A DNA stretch of 64,000 nt from the human T2T-CHM13v2.0 reference genome, Homo sapiens: assembly GCF_009914755.1 (NCBI RefSeq), contig NC_060941.1; one strand, 5' to 3'. Below the pieces are notes generated by a model, which did no database searches, was not told the DNA's origin, and saw only the letters and a program-made list of their open reading frames with translations. The position numbers were made by a program, and so were the translations under genes. Below are positions 14,358 through 28,816 of this stretch, piece by piece; the first letter of the stretch is position 1; each line of letters starts with the position of its first letter.

Positions 14358-15268
14358 GTGAGTGTTGCCTGCCCCCTCCCCGTCCGTGTGAGCCTCCAAG
14401 GGCCGAGGCTGGTTCCGGCACCCAGTAGGCGCTCAGACAATGCTGGCATAAGGGGTGGCGGTGGTGAAGGTGAAGGGAGACACCCTGTAACGGGGACAGG
14501 GCCCAGGCCGCGTAGCCTCCCGTCCTGCTAATCATCAAAGAATTGCCTCCTAGAGGCTGTCATTTGTTCAAGGGATGGCTGGAGGGGACACTCCTTTCTG
14601 ACATTTCTGGTCCCTATTCTTACAGGGGCATAGAATATGAGCGAGAAGAGATCTTAAGGATAACCTAGGTCAGCTCACACATTTTATAGATAAGCTGTCA
14701 ATGTTGTTATCTTATATCAAAAGTGCCTAATGTTATAGGCGCTGTGCTAATTTTTTCTGTGACTGCAGTATCTCACTTTATTTTGGCCACAACCTGATGT
14801 CATAGACACCATCAGTTTTGCATACGGGGAAATTGAGGGTCAGATTGGTTAACTGATTTACATAGGAGTGTGGCTGGGACTTAGAATTAGGCAATCTGAT
14901 TCCCGATAGTCCTCTTAGCCACGGAGGGACACTGGAGCCCAAAAATGGCAGATGATATTCCCAGGATCTTCCCCTTGCCTATTTGACAGAAGCTGATTTT
15001 TCTCCAATTTTTACCTCTGACTCAGCTTAAGAAGATATGGACTTAGCTGGAGAACTTGCACAGATCTGTGAGCCGCTTCATTTTAGACTCTGAAGGGTTT
15101 GTGATGTCATTTGTGCACCTTATTAGCCTGGGCAGAATGGCTAATGGTCACACTTCTAATACACACTTTAAGTGTTATTAAGCATTGCATGAGGTTTAAA
15201 AAATTACAAAGTAGAAGAAGGAGGACCTCAAGAAATTAGTATAAAACAAGAGAATGTTATAAATATTT

Positions 15269-15273
15269 ATGAG
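15269..15273 (+). CDS. CPD: Probable coding end (ATG AG) of an alternative first exon giving an N-truncated isoform MRFVLSGNLHGG...
   Basis: ATGAG|gtatgt strong donor in phase with exon 2; in-frame TAA 9 nt upstream; agrees with my recollection of a shorter annotated isoform starting MR. Confidence 0.65.
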
Positions 15274-17869
15274 GTATGTTGGTGTACCCAGTTAAACTTT
15301 ACAGGAATTGTTCCCACTGGCAAGATGTGTGTGGGCTGCAATAACACGGACCATCTCTGTGGAAGAGGTAGAGCTTGAGCTATCTCCAGAGATGGGCAGG
15401 ATTTTCAGCAAAAAGGAGAGGAATAAAATAAGAGGGAACTCACTCCAGATGGCATAGTGTCTGAAGTGAGCAGGCATCTCTTCCCCTTTTCTAGCATCAG
15501 CTTTTCCCCATTTTTGTATCTTCATAAGGCTTTTGAAGCAATAACTGATCATTCCATCTGGATTAAAAGAAGATTTCTGAGGGACTGCTAAGATAAAGAA
15601 GTTTCCCTGCGGGACTTGGAATCATTTCTTCTACAAGATTTCAGTCATATATAGAAGATCTAGAAAATTCTTGAGTGTTAGGACAGTTCCTGAGTCTTTT
15701 CGTCTTCTATCTTTTACTTTACTCCTCTTGATAAGCTCTCTTGTAGATATATAATTTCACATAGACTTTCTGGGAGGATTTTTTTTTCTTTTAAATACGA
15801 TCGTGTCATCACCTCTGAACATCTGCGTAAGAAATATGACTTTGACATACACTTATTGACAGAGCTGTGATGGCCAGGGCTTTTTGGAGATGATACAACA
15901 AATGCACCGTTTGCATTGCTTAAATGTTTAAAATGCTCTGTCCTTGCACCTTTAAAATGCTGTGATCCTTGCAGGGATGTAAATTCTGTGCCTGGATTTT
16001 TCTTTTCAGTATTAGTTGTGCTGTGACCAAATATGAAAATAAGCTTTTTCTTGGTGCAAGTCGCCTTGAGGCTATACAGAGTCATTTTGGTCTGTGGCTG
16101 TGGACTACCCTAATCATATCTGTTCTTCAAATATGTAACTCTCATTAATCAAAAGGGAAAGTAGGTGATCATATATGGTAAAGAGTACATCCATCCTAAC
16201 TCAGTCTTCAAGAATTCACTCAAAATGCGTACTCTGTGCTATTAACCAATAACAAAGGACACTGATATGTGAATAAAATTAAAAACACAAGCACACACAC
16301 AATTTGATATTGATGCCTAAATATAGTGTCAACTTTATGGATGGGATATTTTTAAATACTCAAACATTAGTCTGTATGGGAAAACTACCTTTTTCAGTGT
16401 ATTTTGTGAGGTAAACCATTTGAGTAATTTCTTGATATCCTATTCACCCAGCTATATTCGAATTAGATTTTTGTTGTTATTTCGAATATGTAAAATTTTA
16501 AGGCTTAATTTCCTCCAGCTTGGGAAAATGAAGTTTATTTTCTTTGTTTCACTTTATACTTCATCCAATGGATGTTGAGACAAATACTTAAGAAAATATA
16601 TAAAAAAATTAACTTTATCATTCAAATGAAGATTTTATAGTTGACTCCTATTTTTTTATAGTTGACCGCTATGCTTCTTTAAGTGAATATACCTGCTTAA
16701 ATTTTCATAGGTAATTAGCATATAAATGATATTTGAATGTGTTTGTGAAAAGCATTATTACAGTGTTGAGAGTGGGTGCAGATGATTTTTTTGGGGGCTT
16801 ATGTATACATATCTATGATTGTCTGAATCTTTGAAATTTAGTTTGTCAGATATCAAGTTATCTTAATTTTTTTCAAGTTATCTACAGGGTTACCTGGATA
16901 GCGTAATAGAGTTAATTTAGAGATTAACTGTTTAATATTTATAAACTCATTTGTAATATCTCTAATATATTTACCAGCTACTTTAAATCTTATGCAAGGA
17001 ATGATATGTGATACTGAAGTCAAGTATGAGAAACATTTCAGAGAATTGATTTGAATGGAAACCATAAAGTACCTGTCAAATAAGATTGGAGTTGATTTGC
17101 AAAGTTGATTTGACAAAAACTCAAAGCATAATCTTACAGCCATTGTAGTCACTTTCTCTTGAAATCTTCATTGTAAGAATGACACTGGTACTTTCAAAAC
17201 TGTGTAATTACAGTAAGGAAAATCGAAGTGAATTTTATTACTCAAGTAGATTGCAAATATTTCATTGTTCAAAAGTATTTGATTAGGCCATTTTGACAAT
17301 ATTTCTGAGAAGTGTTGGAAGAAATGTTGAACAAAATGAGAAACAGCATTTTGTAGAGAATCTTGGATTTTAAAGTTTTACTTAACATGTGTAATTAAAG
17401 TAGCATGCTTTACTTATTTAGAATATTTAATTATCCATTTTATTTTACTAGAATATGAATGCCCAGAGGGTATTTGTTTGTTTGTTTCGCTCACAGATGT
17501 ATCTATCCCTGGAATGTCCTTTGGGATGTATCTGTCCCTGAAACGTCATTTGGCAAATAGTTGACACTCAAGAAATGTTTGTTGCCGAATGGATTACCTG
17601 ACCTGCCCCAGCCTTCTTATAACTTTCCCAGAGTCAGTGGGGGAAAAATACTTAAAAATTGTTTTAGAATTACAAACCAGAGAGTAAATTGTTAATACCT
17701 TAGCTATAGGGGAGAGGTGGTTAGAGTGGAGTTAGAAAGTTAGAATATTTACTTAGTTTTTGTTTCTGTATCATTCTATTACCCAAGGACTGGCAGTGGA
17801 AGTGGGGAGTAGAATGATAGTTTGTAAGGCAGTGTTTCCTTAAACAGGATGCTAGATACCTCCAAAGAA

Positions 17870-18130
17870 ATGAACATTTGTTGAGCAGGGGCTATAAAGT
17901 AGTCTTTATGCCAGATTATGTTTCATGTGTGTTATCTTAATTTTCATGACAACTCTGGGAAATGGGTAGCATTAATCCCCATTTTACAAATGAAAGGAAA
18001 ACTGAGGTTCAGCGAATTTAAAGGCAGTAACTTCTCCTGATTATGTTATATTACTGGTGAGCAACAGATCTGGGAGACGGAATGTTCTTACCCAAATTTG
18101 TCTCCAAAGCCTGTGCCATTGCCACTACAC
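17870..18130 (-). mobile_element. MIR
   Basis: ccccattttacaaatga...aaactgagg core. Confidence 0.6.
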
Positions 18131-19619
18131 CAAATGGCATTCTTCTCTGGTGTCTGGAAGGGTGCTAATTATAATTATATTAGTTTTTAGCTAGTTTCTT
18201 TTCATGGTCTATGCTAGTGTTTAATCAGTGTCCTTATTGGCAAAGATCTGTCTTCTGATGAACAGATTTTGTGTTACAAGTAATTTTCATTGTTTGATCT
18301 TCTCTGGGATAATACTACTCATCATGCTTAAAATAGTCTTTCAAATTAGACATGATAGGTTTACTTTTTTTTCAAGCATATAGAAAAATCTTATATATCA
18401 ACCCCCTTTAGAATTTCTGTAGGTCAGTTAATTTCAACAACAGAAAGGCAGAAGCAAGAAAATCCTATTTAGAATGGAAAAAGAAAAGTATTTAATCTCT
18501 ACTGATAGTAATGGTTTAAGCTGTTATATAAGGGAAAGATGCTTAAATAGGACTTTAGCATTTTTTTTGCCTTTAGGTTTTAGCTTTTACCATAAAAGGA
18601 ATTCTTCAGTATTTCTATATAGATAAGTTTGACCAAATTGTAAATTGGTTCACTTAAAAGTAGAAGCATTAAAAAAAATGTTTCTTTTACAGGAGCAGCC
18701 TTGCCTCCATGTCAATTTATTTTTTTAATGGCCCAATCAGAAACATTGGGCCTTGAAAGAGCTGCTTCTACAGTGATGTATTGGAGGACTAGTCTTTGAC
18801 ATGGTGTATTGTTTTTCTCTGTAAGCAGCTCACTGAATCAGGTTGTTTTCTTTGTTTGTTTTTTTCCTGAATCTTCTCAACTATGGCTTCTCTCTTGAAA
18901 ATGTGAATTTAGTATATTGTGAAACTGGAGTGAAACACAAAATATCCTTTTAAAAATTAGACTTCCTATCTTAAAAATTCTCTTTGGACGGTAAATGTAA
19001 AAAGCATAAAAGTTATTAACCTAACATATATGCAATGAATATTTATATATACCAGCCATATTTTCTGTGGAATTTACGTATTATGAAATACAAGTCGTAG
19101 ACTGAACTATATGAAATTGTCATTTTTTTAGGTCAAAAAAATGGGTGAGGGCCAGGCATAGTGGCTCATGCCTCTAATCCCAGCATTTTGGGAGGCCTGG
19201 CAACATGGCGAGACCCCATCACTACCAAAAAGAAAAGGGTGAATATTGGCAAGCTCAAAGCTCATATAGTTCAACCTAATACATGAATTTAGAATTCCCT
19301 AAATAAGACATTTCCTGAAATATTAATTTATACTGTGTTATCCAGCTATTTTTTCAATGAAGGAAAACTCTTTAAAGTTAGTTTAGGTTAACCTGAATTG
19401 TTAAAGGTGTTTGAAATCTTAAATTGATAATACTTTCTTTCCATTTTCTTTTTTTGTTGTTGTTAGTCTCCTTATAACAGATAACAGCTGATAGAGTTGT
19501 TTTCTAGGTCTCCAAGAGAGATATTGGAGTTTATTTCTAAAAGATTTTGTGGAATTTTTTTAATGCATGGTGTTTTGTGTCCTTTTTTAGTGATACGTGA
19601 TTTGGTTGTATTTTCAAAG

Positions 19620-19867
19620 GTTTGTGCTTTCTGGAAATCTGCATGGTGGCTCAGTGGTAGCAAGCTATCCTTTTGATGATTCTCCAGAACATAAGGCCAC
19701 TGGAATCTATAGCAAAACCTCAGATGATGAAGTATTTAAATACTTGGCAAAAGCTTATGCTTCAAACCACCCCATAATGAAAACTGGTGAGCCTCATTGT
19801 CCAGGAGATGAAGACGAGACTTTCAAAGATGGAATCACAAACGGCGCACATTGGTATGATGTGGAAG
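19620..19867 (+). CDS. CPD: CPD exon 2 (FVLSGNLHGG...WYDVE; third Zn ligand H257)
   Basis: acceptor ttttcaaag|G, donor GAAG|gtatgc; 248 nt; in frame with exon 1. Confidence 0.97.
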
Positions 19868-20135
19868 GTATGCAAAGCATTGAGTTTGCTACATTTTCCC
19901 CCTTGTTCGTTGAATTTTGTTATGTGTATTCTGAGCAAAAAAGAAGAAACTCTGTAGAAATCTAACTTTAAAAGATATTTATTTTTATTTTGAAAATTTC
20001 AAATCTACAGCAAAATTGAAGGACTACATGAAGACCTATCTGTCCTTCATTTAAATTCACCACTGTTATCTTATCCCAGATGGCTTGCCTCTCCCTCTCT
20101 CTTTTTCACTCTCTACATGCACGTGTATGTGCATG

Positions 20136-20163
<28 letters not shown>
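20136..20163. repeat. (CA)n microsatellite
   Basis: about 14 CA units. Confidence 0.9.
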
Positions 20164-20166
<3 letters not shown>

Positions 20167-20670
20167 ACACAATTTTTTTGCCAAACCATCCAAAAGTAGG
20201 TTGCAGATTTCACAACACTTTACCTATAAGTTCCTCAGCATGTATTTCCCAAGTACAGGGACATTTTCCTGTTTAACTATATACTATTACCATAACTGAG
20301 AAATCAATGATAATTTAATATTATCATACCACATGCCATCCGTAACTCAGATTTCCCCCATTATGTCCAAAGTAGCCTTGGTAGCCCCTTTTTATCCAGA
20401 TCTAGTATCCAATCAAAGTTCAAGCATTGCAGTTGGCTCTTGTAAAGAGACCGTGCTAATAGTCCTATGGAAAAATTCCATAATCTAGATTGTCACTTTC
20501 TTCATGGTAAGATTAGGTCAGGTTTCCCAGCAAGACTATTATATAGATCATGTTGCGCATTATATCAGGAGACCCATAACGTCAAGCTGCAAGTGGCCAA
20601 GTTGGACAGCTTGGTTAACATGATGACCACCAGCAACCAGGTCTCTCCATTTAAATTTAAAATGTATATA

Positions 20671-20959
20671 TTTTTTAAGAGATAGGGTCTCACTCTGTTA
20701 CCCAGGCTGCAGTGCAATAGTACAATCATAGCTCACTGTAATCACAAGCTCCTGGGCGCAAGCAATACTCCTGCCTCAATCTCCTGAGTAGCTGGAACTA
20801 TAGATGTGTGCCACCATGCTAGCTAATTTTTAAATTTTTTGTAGAGATGGGGTATCGCTGTGTTGCCGAGGCTGATCTCAAACTCCTGACCTCAAGGGAT
20901 CCTCTTACCTCAAACTCCCAAAGTGCTGGGATTATAGATGTGAGCCACTTCACCCAGCC
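20671..20959 (-). mobile_element. AluJ
   Basis: reverse dimeric Alu. Confidence 0.85.
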
Positions 20960-21029
20960 CAGATCTCTCCATTTTACATAAAGGCACATTTTCCTTTTGT
21001 ATTTTAATCTGTGAGGTGATCATGGAATG

Positions 21030-22046
<1,017 letters not shown>

Positions 22047-22423
22047 AAGAATTGTTAATACAAGCTTGAACTGTTTACCTTTTCTCTTTAAATGCTATGA
22101 AAACAGCTATTACTCTTTTTAAACTTTAGGTATGCTTTGAATAATAACGTTTTTGTTTTTATGCACAGATGTAGATGTAGAGGGAACTTAGAAGGAATAA
22201 GTCAACCAATGGAAATGTCATCAGTGTAAATTTTTTCTTTTCTAGGAGTCTGCCCATGATGAAATGCCTTAGGTCTTCCTTACCTTTTTATTGGCAGTCA
22301 CATTATAAAGTGTCTTATGACATGTCTCTTAATGTATATTTAAACCTTTGAATTACTCTTTTACTTTTTATATCAAGCCATATGTACCCAAAATGGGTCA
22401 TAAGTTTGAGAATTTAATACTTT

Positions 22424-23871
22424 CGTTACTGGATCTTTGGGGTATTGCTTTTCTGGTTGGAAACCTCTGTGCCTGGTGGTGCCTTTGCCCAAGTTCTTGT
22501 CCTGCATCCAGGAAGAATGAGGTATGCAGACAAGTGGAGGGTGAGCAAGACAAAGAGGAGCTTTATTGAGCTCAGAGGAGACCGGCAGTGGGCATCTCCT
22601 CTCTGTAGGCAGGTCACCCAGTCAAGTGTTCAGCCCTCAGCACAAAGGAACCCTGGAGTGGGTGGCCCCTCTCTACAGGCAGGTCATCCTGATGAGTGTT
22701 CAGCTTCAGCTTTCAGCAGAGAGGAGCTACCCTCTGGTTGTCCCATCATCTCTCCATCCTCTGCCTTGCTCTGACTGAGCCCAGGGCTTTTATGGACCTC
22801 AGAGGGGAGGAAGTGTATGCCGATTGGTTCATGGGCGCCACGGGCAGCCTGGAAAAGGCACAAGTCCCCACTCCAGTCTATGGGACTGGCAGCCTGGCCC
22901 CCAGCCTTCAGGACCTCCCTGGCCTGAAGGTGGGGCCTCACCAGGGACCCCCTCCCTTATACCCAGGAGCTAGTCTGCCTCTTGCTGCTTTCCATGGCAC
23001 CCCGGCTGCTCGTGCTAAGGGGCACCTGCAAGCCAGTGCTGAGTCGCCCTCAGTCCCCAACCTTGGTTCCCTCTTCCATGCTTGTCAGTGCCCAGTCCGG
23101 TGGGGGCCCAGGCAACAGGGCCCAAGCATGTGCGTACCCCTCCGGGCAGTGACAGTGCGCCGCCTCAGCTCCAACCCCAATCCCGGATAGGAGCAGACGC
23201 AAGAATGGGGAGAGGCCAGGCAGCAGGAGCAGGCATCTCCAAGCCTGCAAGGGTAAGGGGGGCCTAGGAGGTCGGGGGACGCAGCTGCTGCCAGCTCCCA
23301 GCTCCCGCCGACTCAGTGGAGCATGCAGCCCCAGCCGTGCCCCCTGGGAGCCTGTGGCGGGTGGCTCCTAATCCTCGCTGGGCCTGGGCCAGTGTCTGGG
23401 CCAGGGGCGACATTGCCACAAGCTTCCCTGTTGCCCTGGGGCTAAGGAGTGGCCCGGAGCTGATTGCGGGCCTGGGGCCAGGCTGTCAGGAGTGTCAGGC
23501 TGGGAGGTCACCCCACGTGTGGCGGACACTGGGGACTTGGCCCCAAGTGGCCCGCGCAGAGCCTCCTCCCGAGCCCAGGAACCCGGGACCCTTAGTGGGG
23601 TGGGCGCAGTGGCTGCACTTCTGGCCAGATCCCCAAAGCTGGAGCAGCTCCTGCTTTCCGCCCCGCCCCCGAAGCACAGCCCCAGCTCCGCATAGGGGTT
23701 CCTCTCTGCCTGACTACATTACTCCCCCGCTGTGCTGCTCTGGGCCTGACCCCATTACGGCAGCCCCCAGGGCAGCGGGCTCTGGGGGGTGGCAGCGGGC
23801 TGTGGGGGGTGGCTGCAGAAGGGGTGGCTGTCCGCCTCCTTCCCGCACCTTCCGGCCTGCTGCTGCTATCA
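22424..23871 (-). mobile_element. MER52-family solo LTR (ERV1), GC-rich
   Basis: terminal TGATAG on minus strand, 4-bp TSD cttt (22420-23, 23872-75), minus-strand AATAAA near 22562, similarity to recalled MER52 consensus. Confidence 0.8.
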
Positions 23872-24651
23872 CTTTCTAGAATTTTCTGATCCTCCTATAG
23901 TTTCTACCAGTGTTTCTTGTATATCAGAAGCATTCAAAAAGAGGTTTGACATACTATTTAGAAGTGAAACCTTCTCCCCATAACAATTAGAGGTGATTTG
24001 AAAATCATTAAAAATTTTTTTGTAGATAATGGACTTACTTTAATGTGTAATTTTTACATTTCAGTCCTTGGGAAATATATTTAATAAAACCTAACTTTGA
24101 ACTGGTGGTTTTGTAATCTAGTCAAGTTGCTTCATTAATTTGAGATGATGTTACTTAAAATAATGGGGTAAATACTTAACTTTGCCTTTTTGGAAAAAGT
24201 TGTAAAAGGTTAGAAAGTAATTTCTAACTGACAATTAATTGAGGAAGGTAAATGTATCTCATACTACTTAAAAAATAAATATCCGGCCTCTACAAAACGT
24301 AGGTGTACTTTGGTATTAAGGCCAGAGATTATTTGGTGAAGCTAGTTATCATCAGATTTTTCTGATTATTCAGACATCTGAAGAAGCTACATTATGCTGC
24401 TGTCATTTTTATTTTCATGAGCATCAACTTTTCTCTTGTTTCAGCTGAATGTCGGATATGTCCTATGTTATTTCTACAATAACTGGCTTATTTCTCTTCG
24501 TACCTCAGCAAATATTGAGCAGTTTCCCCTTGAAGAGGAGGCTGTGATGGTTTTAGTTTCAACAGGGTGAATTCATTGTGTTTAGTGAGTAAGATGTTGT
24601 GAAACCTTGTGACTAGGCATATATTCAAAAAACCCGGATGTCCTGGAGTAA

Positions 24652-24946
24652 TTTTTTTTTTTTTTTTGAGACAGAGTCTTGCTGTGTTGCCCAGGCTGGA
24701 GTGCAGGCGTGATCTCAGCTCACTGCAACCTCTGCCTCCTGGGTTCAGATGATTCCCGTGCCTCAGCCTCTTGAGCAGCTGGGATTGCAGGTGTGTGCCA
24801 CCATGCTGGCTAATTTTTTGTATTTTAAGTAGAGACAGGGTTTTACCATGTTGACCAGGCTGGTCTTGAATTCCTGGCCTCAAGTGATCTGCCCACCTTG
24901 GCCTCCCAAAGTGCTGGGATTATAAACGGGAGCCACATGCTCAGCC
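24652..24946 (-). mobile_element. AluS
   Basis: reverse Alu, TSD gagtaatttt. Confidence 0.9.
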
Positions 24947-25464
24947 GAGTAATTTTACTGATGTTCTATGTGATATATTTAGGAATTCTAGCTTAAAGAA
25001 GTATAGACCTTTAGAGCTGAAAGTGAATATATTGATTTAGTCCAACCCTTTTGTTTTAGAGAAAATCAAGGCCTGAGAGAGGAACTAACTTGTGCAATAT
25101 AATGTATTAATATAGCAAATATTTACTGAGTTCCTGCCGTGCCACATATACTGTATTAGGTGATGTACCGGTATACAGTGAGAGCAAAACAGAAACAACT
25201 CCTGCTCTGAGGAATCAGATAGTATATTAGTAGTGTGGAATCTGGGGTGATTTGGGCCCTAGTGCCTTTGCCTTCATTGCCAGGGCTGGCCCAGCATATC
25301 TAGCTGCCTATGTGGGTGAGCCTTGCTTCATTCAACATGTCTCACAAACCTCAGGATCCATTTAGGAAATGGCTATCCTAATAAGGCTGATGAATAGCCA
25401 CATCCCCTTCCAAAGCCTCGTTATTGTGAGACCTACTCTGGACTTGTTCATGGAGTAAGATGCC

Positions 25465-25760
<296 letters not shown>

Positions 25761-26209
25761 GCCTTTTTTTTTTTTTTTTTTTTAATCACAGTGCGCTGAT
25801 TTGTATGCCATTTGCCTACCGTTCTTTCTTCACAGTTTTGAAGACATTGTAAAAATCATATGATGTTTTGGTATGTTTATTCCAAAGCAGATTTAATAAA
25901 AACTGAACTGTAGTTTTAGGTCAACTTTTAAGCCATGGCGTGTGCTTGTAGTCGCAGATACTTGGGAGGCCAAGGCGGGAGGATCTTGAGTTCAAGCCCA
26001 GCCTGGGCAAAATAATGAGACCCTGTCTCCAAGAAAACAAACAGACAAAAAAGAATTGCCTTCTTTCAAATTATACAATTTAAGGAAGGGCAGGCAACGT
26101 ATAGTTGAAATTATTTGATCAAAGATCATAGTTTTATGTAACTTTTAGAAGTTTTCTTGGGCAGAACATTGTTATATTTTATTTTCTTGCAGATAGAAGA
26201 ACAGTAGAA

Positions 26210-26450
26210 GGCAGTGCAATGTAGTGGCAAAGAGAGAGCTTTGGAATCCCGTTGCCTTAGGTTGGAATCACAACTCTGCCTTGACTAGCTGTGTGCGTGT
26301 GTGTGTGTGGTGTGGGTGAGAGACAAATTAATGAATTTCTCTAAGCCTCAATTCCCACTTATATAAAATTAAGATAAATACTATCTACTCACAAGATTAG
26401 GAGGCTCAAGTGAGAATGTGTGTAAAGCACTTTAGCCTAGCATCTGGTGC
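26210..26450 (+). mobile_element. MIR with internal (GT)n
   Basis: MIR core tctctaagcctcaattccc...taaaat. Confidence 0.6.
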
Positions 26451-26638
26451 CATGGCTACTTATATCTACTAGAGTTTAAACTTACTCTTGAAGATAGGGA
26501 CTTTGTTTTATTCCATTTTCTATTTCTAGCACACACAACCATGCCTGGTATATATAAGGTAAATAATAGTCTTTTTGGAATAAATGAATTTTTGCCATCC
26601 GAAACATAAATACATAGTTATTTGATCTTTGGATAATC

Positions 26639-26939
<301 letters not shown>

Positions 26940-28487
26940 TAAAATCTTAGATCTTTAGTTAATCTTATAACAATTTATAAAAATATTCTTCCTAGTTTTG
27001 CTCCTACTCTGAGTAAATAAGCTTGCCTTACTGGTAGATCCTAGATCAGTATTATTTGAACTTTTTTTTCTTACTTTTAACCTATAATATGAAATACCTT
27101 TTAGTTGTGTATGTACATTTCATATATATGTGTGTACATTAAAAAATTTCATGGAACAATACTTTTACTATACATTCTGGTATTATTTCTTTTAGTTTGT
27201 TCTATATCATTCTTTAAAAAATATGTCTGAACCCACTAATATATCTCACAACCCACTAATGCATGATGACCTTCAGTTTGAAAAAACACTATTCTTGATC
27301 ACCCTGTGGTAGAATTCATTTATTTTCAAATTCTAAGTAGGAACAAAACACCTTACAAGTTGTGTGTGATAACTTATTATTTGGGTTTTTCCTCCCAACT
27401 TGTTTATATGTTTCAGTTATTTGCAGTGAGGACTGGGCCACAGATATTTATCTCAGATGTTCTACTTTTAGATTGCTTTCCCTAAAATACGAATGAGTGT
27501 TGAGTTAGGAAATTGGTCAGAAATATAGTTGTCAGGCCTATGTATTGCTCATGTGAGTCTATGGATTCTATTATTAGTTAGGACAGCTGCCATAAAGCTT
27601 TATATTTGTCTTCTTAAGCCACTATAAACTTGAGGCTGAGCCTTTTCAAACTAGTAATTATGATTGTTTTCTCCTCTGGAAGAAGAATAAACTGTTCTTT
27701 GGATTTATCAAATTTTCTTCCCTCTCCTTTTATACAATGGACAGAGTTATGAAATGTGGCCAGAAAGCATATAATGTAACCAATTCAGTTTTTTGTGTGA
27801 ATATCAACTCCTTTTATCATGCAGACAACTATTCTTTCCCCAAACTGGAGGTCAGACTGAGCAGTAGCAGTGTGCTTTAAATATTGAAGTATGTTTGGCT
27901 GGAAGTAGATTGTTGATGGAAAAGGAAGAGCATGGGGAAAATAATTACCCACCTGTTTTCAACAATGCTGTTGAAAGTTTAGATTTGGTCCAGAAATGGA
28001 CCAGAAAGCTTATTTTTGAGGAGTATTTTCTGTGTCATTAAATAGGATATTATGAATTAACCCAGTAACACCAGAAAATTGTAATCTAAAACAAAAAGGA
28101 ATAAGATGAACAGTATGTAACTATAAAAATACAATATCTGATATTAAGAAACAGACAAATCCATAAATATAGTAGGAAGTTTAAAATAGGCCTCTTTCAG
28201 AACTAGTAGGTCATAGAGATCATAACTGTTAGATCACAAAAATGTGAGTAAGGATACAGTGGATTTGAATAACATAAATAAACCAATCTGACCTAATGAA
28301 CGCGTACAGAATACTGTCCTTATATCTAATTTTCCTGCAGAGTCTGTTTACTAATTTGAGGTGTGGATGACTAAGAAACCAGCTGTCACGCTTAGGGAAG
28401 ATGCATCTGGTTCTGTTAGCGCTTGTGTTACTTTGTTTTTAAGATTATATATTAAAAACTAAACAACAAAGATACACAGGTAAAATA

Positions 28488-28743
28488 GGCCCAGGAGCAG
28501 TGGAGCACACTTGTAATCCCAGCACTTTGGGAGGCTGAAGTAGGAGGATTGCTTGAGGCCAGGAGTTTAAGACCTGGGCAACTGGTGAGACCTCATCTCT
28601 TAAAAAATACAAAAATTAGTGGGGCATGGTGATGCACCCCTGTAGTCCCAGCTACTTGGGAGGCTGAGGGGCTGAGGCAGCAAGATAGTTTGAGCTCAGG
28701 AATGTGAGGCTGCAGTGAGCTATGATTGCACCACTGCACTCCA

Positions 28744-28775
<32 letters not shown>

Positions 28776-28816
28776 GACAGGGGAAGACCCGTGTCAAAAA
28801 AAAAAGAAAAAAAAAA
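28488..28816 (+). mobile_element. AluJ with internal T29 run
   Basis: dimeric Alu; poly(T) 28747-28775 inside right arm. Confidence 0.85.

Larger units (their letters stand above)
12975..14525. promoter_or_regulatory. CpG island / CPD promoter
   Basis: dense CpG and high GC over upstream region and exon 1; GC box 13451-13460, TGACG 13468-13472, reverse CCAAT 13493-13497, YY1-like AAGATGGCG over the ATG. Confidence 0.9.

Noticed and set aside
13641-14538. Overlapping and antisense ORFs on CPD exon 1
   Set aside because: Expected in very GC-rich coding DNA; no recognisable protein features.
15189-15199. Second ATGAG|gtttaa in intron 1
   Set aside because: Weak donor compared with gtatgt at 15274.
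22445-23879. Several 60-187 aa ORFs
   Set aside because: They lie inside the GC-rich MER52 LTR, where stops are scarce.
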